Below are positions 39,879 through 53,858 of a stretch of 64,000 nt of DNA, in pieces. Where the stretch lies: assembly GCF_006345805.1 (NCBI RefSeq), contig NC_042999.1:99820001-99884000 (forward strand). The letters are read 5' to 3'. The notes under the pieces were generated by a model, which ran no database searches, was not told where the DNA came from, and was given only the letters and a program-made list of their open reading frames with translations. Within the stretch, counting starts at the first letter, position 1, and every line of letters starts with the position of its first letter. The position numbers were made by a program, and so were the translations under genes. Source of the stretch: Octopus sinensis (Eukaryota).

Positions 39879-39911
<33 letters not shown>

Positions 39912-39984
39912 TAATAATAATAACAACAACAACAACATCAAAAAATACCTTAGAAATGAGGACCCAAGTTCAAAATTTTCCCAA

Positions 39985-40030
39985 AACACCTAATGAAGGC
40001 TGGAGGGTATATCAGCCAAAATTTTGTGTC
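39985..40030 (+). ncRNA. Decayed hammerhead motif in a pLTR-like repeat
   Basis: AACAC-CUAAUGA-A-GGCUG(10 nt)CAGCC-AAAAU-UUU-GUGUC. Stems I and II are retained; core positions are mutated. Confidence 0.45.
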
Positions 40031-40078
40031 AATAACAAACAGATGAGGACAAATATAATTCAAATATAAATAATGTAG

Positions 40079-40126
<48 letters not shown>

Positions 40127-40573
40127 AACTTTTAGGCAATGCAGATATTTTACATAGAATGTTCAACAGAGCTAAACATAAACTATACGCATTCCCAAAT
40201 CACATGTGGCAGTGCAATTTACACATGCAACAAAACTAAGACAAAGAGAGTTACAAAATAATATAATTCAACAACACAACTCACACACTATATACGAAAC
40301 ACAAACACCATCCAAAAACGTATATAGCATATATACCGCACAACAAATAGTAAGGGCGATTCAGTAATACTGGAAACACCAAAATAAATCACGCAGTCAA
40401 ATAAAACTGATGGAGTAAACAAGCACAATTCTACAGTCAAAAACACATTGCTGCACGCAATTCCAGTTGACGGAAGTGCACCTGATGTGCTTGTAGAAAT
40501 TCGTATAGAATTGTTGAAAATATGATAATGATAATGATGAGGCTGTTGACAATAATAATAATGATAATGGTAT

Positions 40574-40781
40574 AAATTTTGGTACAAGGCCAGAAATTTT
40601 AGGGGAAAGAGTTAGTCGATTACATTGAGTTCAGTAGTTGACAAGTAATTGAATCATCGACCCTTAAAGCATGAAAGGCAATGTTGACGTCGGTCAAATT
40701 TGAACTCCGAACACAAACAGCAGGAATACATGTCACAAAGGATTTTCTCCGATAAACAAACGATTCTGCCACCTCACCGCC
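40574..40781 (-). mobile_element. Diverged tRNA-derived SINE
   Basis: ATGAAAGGCAATGTTGACGTCGGTCAAATTTGAACTC core. Confidence 0.65.
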
Positions 40782-40904
40782 ATCATGATAACCCGTATTT
40801 GTTTCTAACATAGGCACAAGGCCAGCAATTTTTAGTGGTGCAGGATTAGTACCTTACATCCACCCCCAGTGCTCAATTAGTACTTATTTCATCCACCCCA
40901 AAAA

Positions 40905-41218
40905 GATGAACTTCCTTGTCTTTCTGTCTAAGCTGTTTAGTTCGTCTACTGTCCATGGGATTACCCCTGCTCCATATATAAGGAATGAAACCGCCTCGGT
41001 GTTGAAGCTTCGATCTTATTCTGTCCACTTAATTTCGACTTAAGGATCAGTCTTAGTCTGCGCAAGTACTCCACCTTAAATTTTTCTGTCATTTCTTTCT
41101 CCATCAAGTTATCCATTTCCACATTCCTGAAGTACTTATAGCCCGTCTCTTCTTACTGCTTCATAACCTCCTCCGACGGTATCGTTAGCCCGTCCTTGCA
41201 TGTGATTTTTCCTCTCTA

Positions 41219-41220
<2 letters not shown>
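40905..41220 (-). mobile_element. R4/Dong-like internal fragment
   Basis: GYKY..MEKEMTEKFKVEYLRRLRLILKSKLSGQNKI; abuts an (ATT)n tract. Confidence 0.7.
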
Positions 41221-41267
<47 letters not shown>

Positions 41268-41291
41268 TATTATTATTTTTATTATTATTAT

Positions 41292-41332
<41 letters not shown>

Positions 41333-41343
41333 GTAGTAGTAGT

Positions 41344-41379
<36 letters not shown>

Positions 41380-41530
41380 AAGAAGAAGAAGAAGAAGAAG
41401 AAGAGAAGAAGAAGAAGAAGAAGAAAAAGAAGCAGAAAAAGAAGAAGAAGAAGAAGAAGAAGAAAAAGAAGAAGAAGAAGTAGAAGAAGAAGAAGAAGAA
41501 AAAGATAATAGTAGTTGTAATAGTAGTTGT
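41220..41530. repeat. Compound (ATT)n-(TAG)n-(GAA)n microsatellite
   Basis: Direct reading. Confidence 0.97.
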
Positions 41531-42207
41531 GATTTTCTTTAGTATTATAATATCTAATATCTATAATTATTATCAGCTGCATCGACCTGACCGAGTCTTG
41601 GATGCCCTGTAAACAGCATAGTCACTATTCCTTCCACTTTACTGTCTCTTCGAAGTCTTCTTAATTAATATCGTCACCAGATCGTGGTTATCATCGCGAT
41701 ATTCATTGTCATCCACGTGTTTTCATCTCGTCTCTATTTCTTTCTCTTTATTTTTCCTTTCTGTATTCGTGTGAGAGATTTCTGTGGACTTATTTTTCTG
41801 TCTTTTGTTGCCTGGAAAACATATATATCCGTTGGTGCCTGCATTTCAATTTGATGGCGTCTTCTTATTCTGTATCTTCCATTTTCGGGGCATTTATTCC
41901 TAAGATGGCTATCAAATTATGTCCAGCTCTTCAAGAATGTGAAGCTAGCATAAAAGAGATCACTCGAAAAAGGAGAAGTGTTCTAACTTAATTAGACACA
42001 GCAATTGACAGCAATACATAATTTAATGAATTACAGTTATTCATAATAAAAATCTGGTATTCATCACGCCAACTGTTTTCCATTCATGCGAACAAAATAA
42101 TATATTTAAGGTAAAATTAAATCTTTATGAATTATTTACCATTCATATATTGTATTCGAACATTTCTGCACAGTATTGTTTGGTTGGTTTGTGGGTGTAC
42201 ATACACA

Positions 42208-42257
<50 letters not shown>

Positions 42258-42278
42258 GTGCGAACATATCTATTTATA

Positions 42279-42319
<41 letters not shown>

Positions 42320-42570
42320 ATATATATATATATATATTTAATAAAATAGAACATATGCATATATATAAACATATATGTACGTACCTACCTCTACATGTAC
42401 ATATACACGCATATATGTGTACAGGACACCAAAAAACGTCGAACACATAGAGAGACGAAAAACATAGACACAAACCAGGAACAAGACAAGCAAAAAAAGA
42501 GATACAGGACAATAAGCACAACGAAAAATCCCCTTCTTCAGTCGCTAAGGTTTCATCTACTAAACGTTTC

Positions 42571-42601
<31 letters not shown>

Positions 42602-42633
42602 CATACACACACACGCGCACACACTCATATGTA

Positions 42634-42678
<45 letters not shown>

Positions 42679-43515
42679 GATGTATGTTGTATGTATTATA
42701 ATATGTGTATATCTATCTAGCAATCTCCCTCTATATATATGTGTGTGTTTGTGTGTCTCTGTTTGTGTATGTATACATATATATATATATGTATATACTC
42801 ATGTATCTCAGTATATGCATGTGTGTGAGAATGTGCATAGTGTGTCAAATGCGGTTGGGTAAACGTATGGGCTATATATAACACTGTAACGATCTTATGA
42901 ATTGTACTACAAGTAGTATTGTTTACTACAAGCAGTCTTTTATTTTATTCCTTTACTGCTTTCATTGAGGGACCTGGTATAGCACTAACGTGTGGAGTTG
43001 ATGAAAACAACTCTACTACATTTAAATTTGTTAGTTATTATACTATTCTCTTCTTGCCGAACCACCAGGTTACGAAGATACAAACTACAAGCACCGTTTT
43101 TTCGACGGTGAGCGTTAAATACAAAGATGCAAGCAGTTAAGACGCTTCCACATTGGTTCTGCACACGTAATTTACAGATAATGTGTCTACGGCTACAGGA
43201 GAAAATATGTGACGTGCAGAGACAATGCACCCGAATCCATACGGTTGTTAAGTGATTTTGTTTGCAGTGATATGTAGGTAAAAAGATGTGTGTGTGTGTG
43301 TGTGTGTGTGTTGTGTGTGTGTGTGTGTGTATGTGTGTGTGTGTGTATGCATGTATATATTCGACGAGTGTCTCGCCTTAGAGGGTAAGGAAAATAAATT
43401 GCTGCTGATTTATTAGCAGCTAAAGTAAATTAGGACAGATCTGAGATTAAAGGCTGATAAAAATATGACAACCTATAATTCAATCTATAAGTCAATACAT
43501 TAAAATAAATATATA

Positions 43516-43737
43516 CAGTAGTTGCTCGATTATCGCGGGTGTTGCGTTCCCAAAACCCCCACGATAAGTGAAAATCTGCGAAGTAGAAACAATACAGTAC
43601 TGTATATATATTTAAAAATTTTTTATAATTGTATATATCTATTTTATTAGAAATGCAAGACAACACCACGGTGGAATCGACGTAAGCTTAAATAATAAAT
43701 CGCGATAGTTGAACCGCGATATGGCGGGGGATTACTG
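43516..43737. mobile_element. Second copy of the same MITE family
   Basis: Shares GAAGTAGAAACA..TACTGTATA and GAACCGCGATATGGCG..TTACTG with 6960-7212; TIRs more diverged. Confidence 0.7.
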
Positions 43738-43811
43738 CAATTAATGTATGTGTATGTTTGTGCGTGTGCGTTCATGTGTGTATGTGTATATTTCGATATT
43801 TACTAATAATA

Positions 43812-44027
43812 AGGTGGCAAACTGACAGAATTATTAGCATGCCGAATAAAATTCTTAGCGGCATTACGTCCATCTTTACATTCTTGGTTCAAATTTCGTC
43901 GAGGGCTTTTTTTTACCTTTCCTCCTTTCGGGATCGAGAAAATAAATGCCAGTTGAAAACTGAGGTCATTGTAGTCATCTAGCCTACTTCCCAAAAATTT
44001 CTAGCCTTATACCAAAATTTGAAACTA
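43812..44027 (+). mobile_element. Diverged tRNA-derived SINE
   Basis: GACAGAATTATTAGCATGCCG..GGTTCAAATTTCGTCGAGG..CCTTTCGGGATCG. Confidence 0.65.
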
Positions 44028-44657
44028 ATATTTACTAATTATTCATGCGGATAGTATTCTTTCACTTTTCGTGCTGATGTTAGTTATGCAGCAACGGTAA
44101 CATTTTTATTAGCTTATTATCTGTAAGAGGATTTTGTTTCTTTTCTGCTTTATTATTTTTTATTAGATTATCTTATTTTCATTTTTTTTTAAATTTGTTA
44201 GCAAAAAAGTTATCCGTCGTTTATAACGACAATAATATCGACTGATAGTTATTTCATCGAACCCATTTTGCGTACTCAAGTTTGTACATACCTCCATTCA
44301 TATGGTTCCTTTCGTATTTCTAGCTGAAAAATCAAAACTATATCTTTAATCATAAATTCCCTGAGAAGACAATGGAAAATCCACAATATAACTATATGAT
44401 TCTCTCTATTACACTGTTTCTGTAAAGAGTATGTTATAAGATTCAAAGTATTTAAATGATTAGTTGCTATATGTAATAATGAGTAACTATAGCATGTATT
44501 ACTGAAATTACAATTATAATTTAGATGTCAGCTCACTTGTCGTAAATCCGCCAATTTAAGTAACATAGGTGTTTTCATTATCTCATCAGTACTTCTATTC
44601 CTTAACGAAGTATCATCTTACCCCAGCAAAATTACTAAAACTGTGAATAAATATGTG

Positions 44658-44700
<43 letters not shown>

Positions 44701-44873
44701 TGCATGTGTGTATATGTATTGTACAGAAAACGAAAAAACAGACAGGTGAGGTACCAATAAGCAAGTGTGTTAATTTGACGCAAGAGAAGAATGGAAAAGT
44801 CAAACATTCATACATATATACATACTTACATATATACACACATGCATGCTTGCATGCATATGTGCATACATAC

Positions 44874-44935
<62 letters not shown>

Positions 44936-45364
44936 GGAGGGTGCTTAACAGCACCACTCAATATTTATAACAAAGATAAATACTATACACAGACGAAATT
45001 GAACATGATTTAAGCACTGGATGAAAGTGATGCCAAAGTTTTAAATGATGTTCAAGACAGATTTGAAGTCAATAGCACAGAACTTCCTGATGAAATAGAC
45101 ATATCTTATACATTGAAGGCAGATAAATAACAACCAGATTCTGAAGTTGTGTGTGGATGGAGGGGGCATATCTGTGAAACAATTACTTGTAAATAACCAT
45201 AAATATCCTTCATTTTTAAATATATCATTTATAACATTAAACTTTTTATCTTGTTTCTTTTTCAATACTAGATCAACGAAATAAGTATAATTTTATATTA
45301 CAAAAACATTAAAATATAATGAATTAAATGATTAGAACTACCAGTGTAGTCATTCTTTTTTTTT

Positions 45365-45423
<59 letters not shown>

Positions 45424-45437
45424 ATATACATACATAC

Positions 45438-45478
<41 letters not shown>

Positions 45479-45578
45479 TTAATCCAAACATGAAAACACC
45501 AAGAGAAAACACAACAACGCGAGGACGTGGAACAAATATAGTATTATTGGACGCTCAGGAAGGAAGGGAAGAAGGAGG

Positions 45579-45613
45579 GTTTTACGTTTCGAGCGGAGCT
45601 CTTCGTCAGAAAC
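45579..45613 (-). ncRNA. Ultra-minimal hammerhead motif in a pLTR-like module (about 45476-45680)
   Basis: GUUU-CUGACGA-A-GAGC(UCC)GCUC-GAAAC-GUA-AAAC. Stem III reduced to the palindrome ACGU; module flanked by (TA)n. Confidence 0.72.
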
Positions 45614-46135
45614 ATAGGAAAAGGAAAGATCCAGAGAAGGGAAGACGGAGGAAAAAAATCGCCAACGGTACACATGCGGTATATATAATATATTATATAT
45701 ATACATACATTTATTTATATATACATATAGATAGAGAGAGAGAGTGGATGAGAAAGAGGGAGAAGGAGAGAGAGGGAGTCAGACAGACAACAAGATACAT
45801 AGATAGAAAGACTTATTTTATACACGTTTAATAATTGTGCTATACCACACCAGGAAGAATAACCAGTCGTTAGAACTTAATATATTTGTTATTCCTGATG
45901 CTGAGAGACAATGTGATCTTGCAATAAACCTCTCATACGGACACTCATTATAAACAGTGAGAAAATTGAGAAGAATATTTAATCATAAATGATATCATAA
46001 TAAGAATTCATTAGAACTGTCTCGGCTAAGAGAATGAGATAACATTCAGTATTCAATGCTAGTCTTTATTCTCATAGCATCGTCAGATGTAAAATGAATT
46101 CTTAAATATAAGCGCATGTACCCATCTTAAGATAC

Positions 46136-46168
<33 letters not shown>

Positions 46169-46227
46169 CGTAATCTCCACACACACAGACGCATATATTT
46201 ACGTGTACATGTGTGTATCTGTGTATG

Positions 46228-46268
<41 letters not shown>

Positions 46269-46710
46269 TTATATATATATATATATGGATATATATATAG
46301 GTATGTGCGTGTGTGTGTGAGTTTGTGTGTGCGTGTGTGTGTGTGTGTGTGTTTTTGTGTGTGTGTGTGTGTGTATGTATGTCAAGAATTTACCAAATAA
46401 TAATATTCATTGAGGCTCTGACAACGCTATAACTAATACCCATTACCACTCACTATTGTAATCTGGTTAACACGGCTGAAACAAAAACCTGTAACGTGAT
46501 TATAGCTCAGCTTGTATTTATTATTTAACATATTGTATATATTAAATCGAATTAAGGTACATCAAATAATTTACATGCTGAATTCTTGATTTCCTTCAAG
46601 AGAACAGGTAACAAATGCCCTGTTGTAGTTGCGACTAACTGAAAGTGTGTTACGTAGACACTTGCAAGAATTCAAAAATCTCCAAAATAGATTGGAAACA
46701 AGTAGCCAGG

Positions 46711-46751
46711 TGCTACCACGTGTTTCTGCTTCAATAGTCGTCATCAGAGCA
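46711..46751 (-). ncRNA. Decayed hammerhead motif
   Basis: UGCU-CUGAUGA-(weak stem II)-GAAAC-ACGU-GGU-AGCA. Stem I and the palindromic stem III loop are retained; the cleavage triplet is altered. Confidence 0.4.
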
Positions 46752-47036
46752 TTCATCGATACTTATAGATAAGAGCTACGCCTGGATATATGAAATGTTT
46801 TATTAAATATCTTATTTTCACTATTATGTAACATATATTATAATATATTTAATAATATGTATAATATATTATACAGCTGCTTAGAATCTTGTATTAATAC
46901 ATCACAACTTTAGAAACAGGTGTATATATCATGATTGAGTAATTATTACTCATACACATACACACACATATGAACACAAGTCTGACATGAATATATAGCA
47001 AATTAGTGATAATGAATTAGCACGTAGTCTAAGATG

Positions 47037-47086
<50 letters not shown>

Positions 47087-47736
47087 TTATATATATATAT
47101 TATATATATATACATGTTCATACACACATATATATATACACATATACATATATATATACACATGCATATATATATATTTATATCTATACGCACACACATA
47201 CATATACATGTGTGTGTGGGGAGGTGTTTGAGTGTTTGTTGTCTTCGTTGTATCCATTTTAGTTCTATTGTGTGATTATGTACTGTGTTGTCGCTTTCGC
47301 TGTCCTCTTTCCACAGATCATTTAAGATAGCCAGCGACATGTACCAACAGTTCGGCACTGGATCGGACGGACAGGTCACGTCATAGAACGAATAGGCTTT
47401 TCTGCACCCAGCAAAGGGCTTGACGCTAGCGCTTATCCCCGACAGCTAGTGACAAAGCCTTTGTGGGCAGCGGTGAGCCATAACACGAGGACATAGAAAC
47501 TGCCTTTGGGAAAAAGCATGCATGTCACATACCTCTTTCAATTTTCTCACTTCTAGAATCTGTGGCTTCATGCTTGTTTGTGAAATATTTAATTTACATA
47601 TACATTGTTTTAACATTATACATACAAACACACATATGCATATATATGTATGCATAACACATATGTATATATATACATATATGTATATATCCATATACAT
47701 ATATATATATATATATAATATATATATATATATATG

Positions 47737-47776
<40 letters not shown>

Positions 47777-48013
47777 TATCATATACTATAATATATATAT
47801 AAATGCGTTTTGTGTAAATATACATATATGTATATATATATATACATGCTTTTTTATGTACGTATATGTTGTATATATGTAATCCATATACATAATTTTC
47901 GTTATTAATGTTACTATCGAAGTTTGCACGATAATATGCCCGCTTTTTATCTTGACGTGAAACGTTTGCAAGCATAAAACACTGTAGAGAATGCCTTGCT
48001 ACATGTGGCCTTG

Positions 48014-48056
<43 letters not shown>

Positions 48057-48136
48057 TAATAACACAAACACACACGCACACACACACGTTTCTAAACTCA
48101 GTATCATTTCATGTTAATGATTTTTCGTTCTTTAAG

Positions 48137-48774
48137 TCGTTGAGCTGGCAGAATCATTGGGACGCCGGGCAAAATGGCTCAGCAGCTTTTCCGCCGAGGT
48201 TGACTTTGCCTTTCATAAATTCGAGGTCGATAAAATAAGTAACATTTGAGCACTGGGGTTGATGTAATCAAGTACCCTCCTACCCTGAAATAGCTGGCCA
48301 TATGCCAAAATTTGAATCCTGTATTTTCTTAGCTTAGAGAGGCGAGCCGGCAGAATTATTGGCACGCTGGGCAAAATGCTTAGTTACACCACTGGTCATA
48401 TAATAAACACTCGCTTCCTACCACCAAAGCTGGAGACTCTTCACAGAGTTGCCTTCTCTCTTCTCTTCACTAAGATAATTAGCAAATCAAAAAGCTTAAA
48501 TGGATTTCCAACAGTTTGATGTTAACCTTCATCCATTCGGGGTCGTTAAAATGAGTATCTCTCGTACATCGGGATCGATGTAATTGACTAACAGCTTCCT
48601 CTACAATTTATTATTTCGCCCGTCTTTACGTTCTAAGTTCAAATTCTGCCGAGGTCGACTTTGCCTTTCCTCCTTTGGGGTGGATAAAATAAATACTAGT
48701 CAAGCACTGGGGTTGATGTAATCAACTGGTCCACTCGCCTAAAATTTCAGGCCTTGAGCCTTTAGTAGAAAGGA

Positions 48775-48830
<56 letters not shown>

Positions 48831-48846
48831 AATAATAATAATAATA

Positions 48847-48888
<42 letters not shown>

Positions 48889-49206
48889 TAATAATAACAC
48901 TGGGATCGATGAAATCGACTCATTCGCAGCTCCCACAAGCTGCTCTTGTGGAAAAAAATCGAAATAATTATTATTATTACGATCGGCGAGTTGGCAGAAT
49001 CGTTAGCACGCCGGGAAGAATGCATAACAGCATTTCGTCCGCCTTGACGTTCTGAGTTCAAATTCCACCGAGGTTGACTTTGCCTTTAATCTTTTTGGAT
49101 TCGATAAATTAATTACCAGTTGTGTACTGGGGTCGATGTAATTGACTAGTGCCCTTCTTCAAAATTTCAGGCCTTCTGCCGTTAGTAGAATGGATTATTA
49201 TTATTA
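48137..49206 (+). mobile_element. Cluster of at least four SINE copies or fragments (48137-48325, 48610-48778, 48896-48935 minus, 48985-49206)
   Basis: Repeated GAGGT(C/T)GACTTTGCCTTT..GGGGT(T/C)GATGTAAT core with ATT tails. Confidence 0.75.
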
Positions 49207-49415
49207 CTAGCTGACGTCGTGCCGTCAAAGATGAAGGCTAACTGTAGTATTTTATATGTAAAAAGGGTACTAAAAGGTGAAAAAAAAATCGACAGTGCTT
49301 CAAATGTGTGTATGTGTGTGTGCGTGTGTGTGTGCATATGTATACGTTTATATGTATGAGTAGCACAGTGTGCTACTCATGCATAAGAACTACACAAGAG
49401 TATTATTATAGTAGA
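49207..49415 (-). mobile_element. Non-autonomous Helitron-like element
   Basis: Minus strand reads A|TCTACTATAATAAT .. GCCTTCATCTTTGACGGC (imperfect hairpin) ACGACGTCAG CTAG|T, i.e. TC..CTAG termini in an AT target. Confidence 0.5.
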
Positions 49416-49586
49416 TTATTATAGTAGAAAATACACGACGCTCTCTTTGCCACTTCCTCTCTCTCGTTGCTATTACTTTCTCTCACTCCCTGTCATTCAT
49501 GTCTATTACTCTATTTCTCCACTGAATTACTATTTTCTCTCCTCTCCCTTCACCAGTTACTCCAACTGCGTTATTTTGAACAAACG

Positions 49587-49617
<31 letters not shown>

Positions 49618-50061
49618 TATATAAAATCCGTTCTGTCTGCCTCTGTGTGTGTCTTCTAGGATCTCGGGCATGCTCCATCAGATTGCGCTGAAATTTGATA
49701 TGTAGATACCGACGGTATCAGGGCGTGTATAAGTCTTGAAAAAATTACAAAAATCGATTCCTGGTGAGAATGCATTTGTACGCGCAAATACATCAGCTGT
49801 TGCGATGTACTTACTGGTACTTTAAACTCTTCGGTTGCTTTTTGTGTGAATAAAATCGTTTTTCTTTGGAATTAAAAAAAAGTTTGTCTTTATTTCTTAT
49901 TTTGCTGGTGTCTCAAATTTAGGTTAAATCAGTGTTTCTCGAAGGGGAGGCCTATGGGACGGTCGGACAAGTCGTTTTGATAAAATTTGGTTTAAATGTT
50001 TGACACCTCAGTACCTTCCATTGGACGGAGGGCGTTTTGCTTGTATATAAATACATATATA

Positions 50062-50122
<61 letters not shown>

Positions 50123-50169
50123 ATATATATATATATAAACACTACGCTCATTATTATATTAGGTGGTTA

Positions 50170-50370
50170 AGGCAGCGAGCTTGCAGAATTGTTGGCACGC
50201 CGGGCAAAATACTTAGCAGTATTTCATCCGTCCGTACGTTTTCAGTTCAAATTACGCCGAGGTCGACTTTGCCATTCATAGTTCAGTATCGATAGATTAA
50301 GTACCAGTTAAGTACTGGTGTGGATGTGCTCGACCATCCTTCTCAGCGCAAATTCCAGGCCTTGTGCTTA
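50170..50370 (+). mobile_element. tRNA-derived SINE
   Basis: GCAGAATTGTTGGCACGCCGGGCAAAATACTTAGC..GAGGTCGACTTTGCC. Confidence 0.75.
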
Positions 50371-51412
50371 GGGTTAACAATATTTGGACAGACTGTTTGT
50401 CTTCTTCTGATTAAGAATGTAAAATGAAAAGAATATTGAAACATAAAAATTCAAAATATGAAAGGGGAATATCCTGCATTCCTTTCTAGACAAATTGACG
50501 TTATCAGTTTTCGCTGTTTCTTAATTGATAACAGAGAAAAGAAAAAAAGAAATAAAGGAGAAAGAACACAGGAAAGAGAATACGCAGTCGAGCAGTTTGT
50601 GTAAATGAGGTGAAAGTCGCTTGTCATTTTATTCATTTCTCCTTCTGAGTAGTGAAAGTGCACTAGAGAATATTTTAAGGTGTTCCTCAAAATTATAGCC
50701 GTTTGATGTAAAATGTCCGTCAAATTCCACAAACCGCTGTTATAATATCCGTGGGATTTTCACGGGGATTTTGAAACTTTTCAGACAACTGTAAATCGAT
50801 ACAAGCCATTAAATACACGATTTCGTTTGAAATTGAACGCGTTTTATTTTTAAGATGGTGTATAGTTCCCATTGGAAGTATTACAGGATCAGATTTTAGA
50901 GAGTACATCTTTGGAACTTACATTCTTTCTTATACACTTATTAACTCTTCTACATGGAAAGTTGATTATTGTTACTTTTATGTCAAAAATTTCCCACGGA
51001 ATGAAATCAATCAGACAATGTTCTCTCTGTCTATATATCTCACGCTATTTCCCTCTGTCTATCTTTCTCTCTCTCTCTCTCTCGCTCTCTCTCTCACACA
51101 CACACACACACACATACATACACACACACACACATACATATATAGTTGGGAAAACAAAAGAAGAGGACATGTGTATAAACAACAAGAAAGTGTAGTAGTT
51201 TCACGGTCGATATATACTTAAGAGAGAGAGAGTTAGAAGAAAGAGAAAAACAGAAAGTAGAGAAAACAAGAAAGATAAAGTGCTACTTGATTTTAAATTT
51301 GAAAGTGCCCACTCCCAGAAATTTTGTTTATTCAAATTATACTTGTTATTGAATTCTCTGTATCGTAGAGAGATAGTCATATAACTACAATATACATAAT
51401 GTCACGCAAATG

Positions 51413-51451
<39 letters not shown>

Positions 51452-51759
51452 TACATATGTCTGTATGTATCTGCAGTCCTATTTGTTTATAAGACAGTGT
51501 ATCTCATATTTAGCAAACAATTTGTATATATATTTTTTAAATGCTCTCTACTTGTCAATTCAGTTTTATTGTTATTCTCAGTAGAACGGTATCTTCTCCA
51601 ACGCATATATTCCTAAATAATGTTAAGGTAGAGAGCCAGCGGAAATATCTTGAAGCAGATTATGTGTAAAAATGATTAAATGAGGTATAAAAGAAATATT
51701 CCTGCCTTATGCTGAGTGTTTCATGCTATGAAACATTTACGATTAGATTATTGGGATTT

Positions 51760-51865
<106 letters not shown>

Positions 51866-52249
51866 AAAACATGAAATTGAATATAATAAACTTATTCTTC
51901 AGAGATTTACTGTGAAATAGGCTTTTTTTTAACCTGCGGAGGATAGCCATATTTGCAACATTTCTATTCGATTAACTAATTACTACTAGAGGCAACTAAT
52001 AGCATATTTAACTAATAAATATGTCGTTAATTCAATGATAGTAAAATGCATATTTACGCTTTTTTTCCCTTTTTACATAACATTTACTTACCAATGAATT
52101 ACCTGCATTAATCTTTTTTCTTATTGATATTATTATTGCTGCTCTTGATATTGTTCATATTGCTGTTGATGCTCTTGTTCATTAGTCATACTTTTCCCGT
52201 TCTTTCAATGATCTACCATTTAACGCTCTTTGTGTTTTGGTTGTGTACA

Positions 52250-52700
52250 ATGTTTACCTTTAACTTTGTTGTTTCTGTTGCTTTGAAAGTAGTCTCGTAC
52301 ATAAATTGTGCGCAGTACCTAGTAATGCTGCTTTATATATGCTGCGTATATTTCTAAGTCTTAACGTTTTGTTTGTGCACCTGTCTACAAGTTGTCTAAT
52401 CACTCTCGTTATTATAGGGGTTGATTCTAATTTTGCCCTTATGTTTGGATCATCTTTGTTGTCAAATTCCTTTTTATATTTGACTATCATATCGATCCTA
52501 ATGTATTTTCTAGAAAGATACATTATTGTCTCTTTGGGCGGATACTTTCATTAGGAGTTACTTTTCCGTGACTCCTTCACAACAATTTCTTGTCAGTTAA
52601 CTTTGATCGTTTTCTCAGCGTTTATTAGCATAGCCCCATTTGTGGTTACTTTGTCATTCAGTGAAACATTTCTAGATGTACCCCAACACTATGGCTTTTC
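52250..52700 (-). mobile_element. Decayed RLE-type LINE 3' fragment
   Basis: ORF 52260-52523 ends ..NIRSIYKAALLGTAHNL.., matching the R4/Dong C-terminal motif. Confidence 0.6.
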
Positions 52701-53825
52701 TGGTGTTGATGGTATATTTTCCAATATATGTAATATTCACCTGTCATGCCTCTAAATATATTTTTCTGAGATAAAACTAAACATAAATTGCTCAGTTAAT
52801 TACGTGGAAAATTTACCACTTTACCGAATTGATTTTGGGTAAATTTCCCACTAAATTATGATGGAAGTGCATGAAGTCATCAATTTCGGTCCTACTTTCA
52901 GGATTCCGGAACTCTGTAATAGAATGTTTTACTATGCTAACATACATAGCACCTGAAGCAATTAATGTAAAGGTTGCGCTTTCATAATGGATTAACCAAT
53001 AAATGTTAATATTGTCATTATTTAAGCTCTCGACATATTAGAGGAGGGAGGTAGCCAAACGTCTTTCTGAGTATCTGAATTTATAAATTTATTGCATAAA
53101 CATCTTTGAAAGATTTTCAGTATACCATCTAGAGCTTTTTGATATCCTTTTATCTTCCAACAGACTAAATTAATGATTTTCCCATCACAATATCATTAAT
53201 AGAGCAGATTGTAGCATTATTGAAATTAAATTGGAGAAAACTTGTTTGTTCTCGAAGGGCTTTTCTGGTCCGTACTTCATATGGAAACAGTAAAAGTGTT
53301 GGTGCGGCTGTAGCTCACCTTGATGTTAATTTTATTACATATCTTATGGGATCTACTGTCTATTAGCAAAAGCTTATTTAAGTTTTAGAAAATCTCTATT
53401 CAATTATTTAAATGGTTGTACCAAATATTTCGTTTAATATTTTTGCCTTTATGAATATTAATGTGGTATTGTTTATGAAAAAATAAGTGGCATATCAGAG
53501 TTCATGATAAATTCCACCACTAATAACAGATGCTAAGTGGATTTATAAATGACCAACATGAAAACTTTGGTGAGCTGTATTGAGCAACTGTATTCTACGG
53601 ACGTGAATTCGATATGATATTCCATGAGCATCTGTGATCGACTTTATAGAGGTAAAAATATACTCATCTTATCAAATCCTCTATTCAAATTAGACTTGAA
53701 AATAAGCAAATTGGAAATTTTTTAAAATATTATTTTCTTATGCAATGTGTTGTATGTCATTATGTAATGCTATATTTATGTGTAACTTACTTCTTTTAGC
53801 AACAATCCACACAAAGACACACACA

Positions 53826-53858
<33 letters not shown>

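Noticed and set aside
42919-43230. Overlapping 73-aa and 81-aa ORFs with a vague Ig-like look and a strong minus-strand acceptor
   Set aside because: No complete domain signature and no matching donor.
44558-44594. CUGAUGA..GAAA on the minus strand
   Set aside because: No stem II, and stem I and the cleavage triplet cannot be placed in register.
46030-46094. CUGACGA-UGCUA..UAGCA on the minus strand
   Set aside because: The GAAA box is absent and no valid stem III or cleavage triplet can be placed; probably chance or too decayed.
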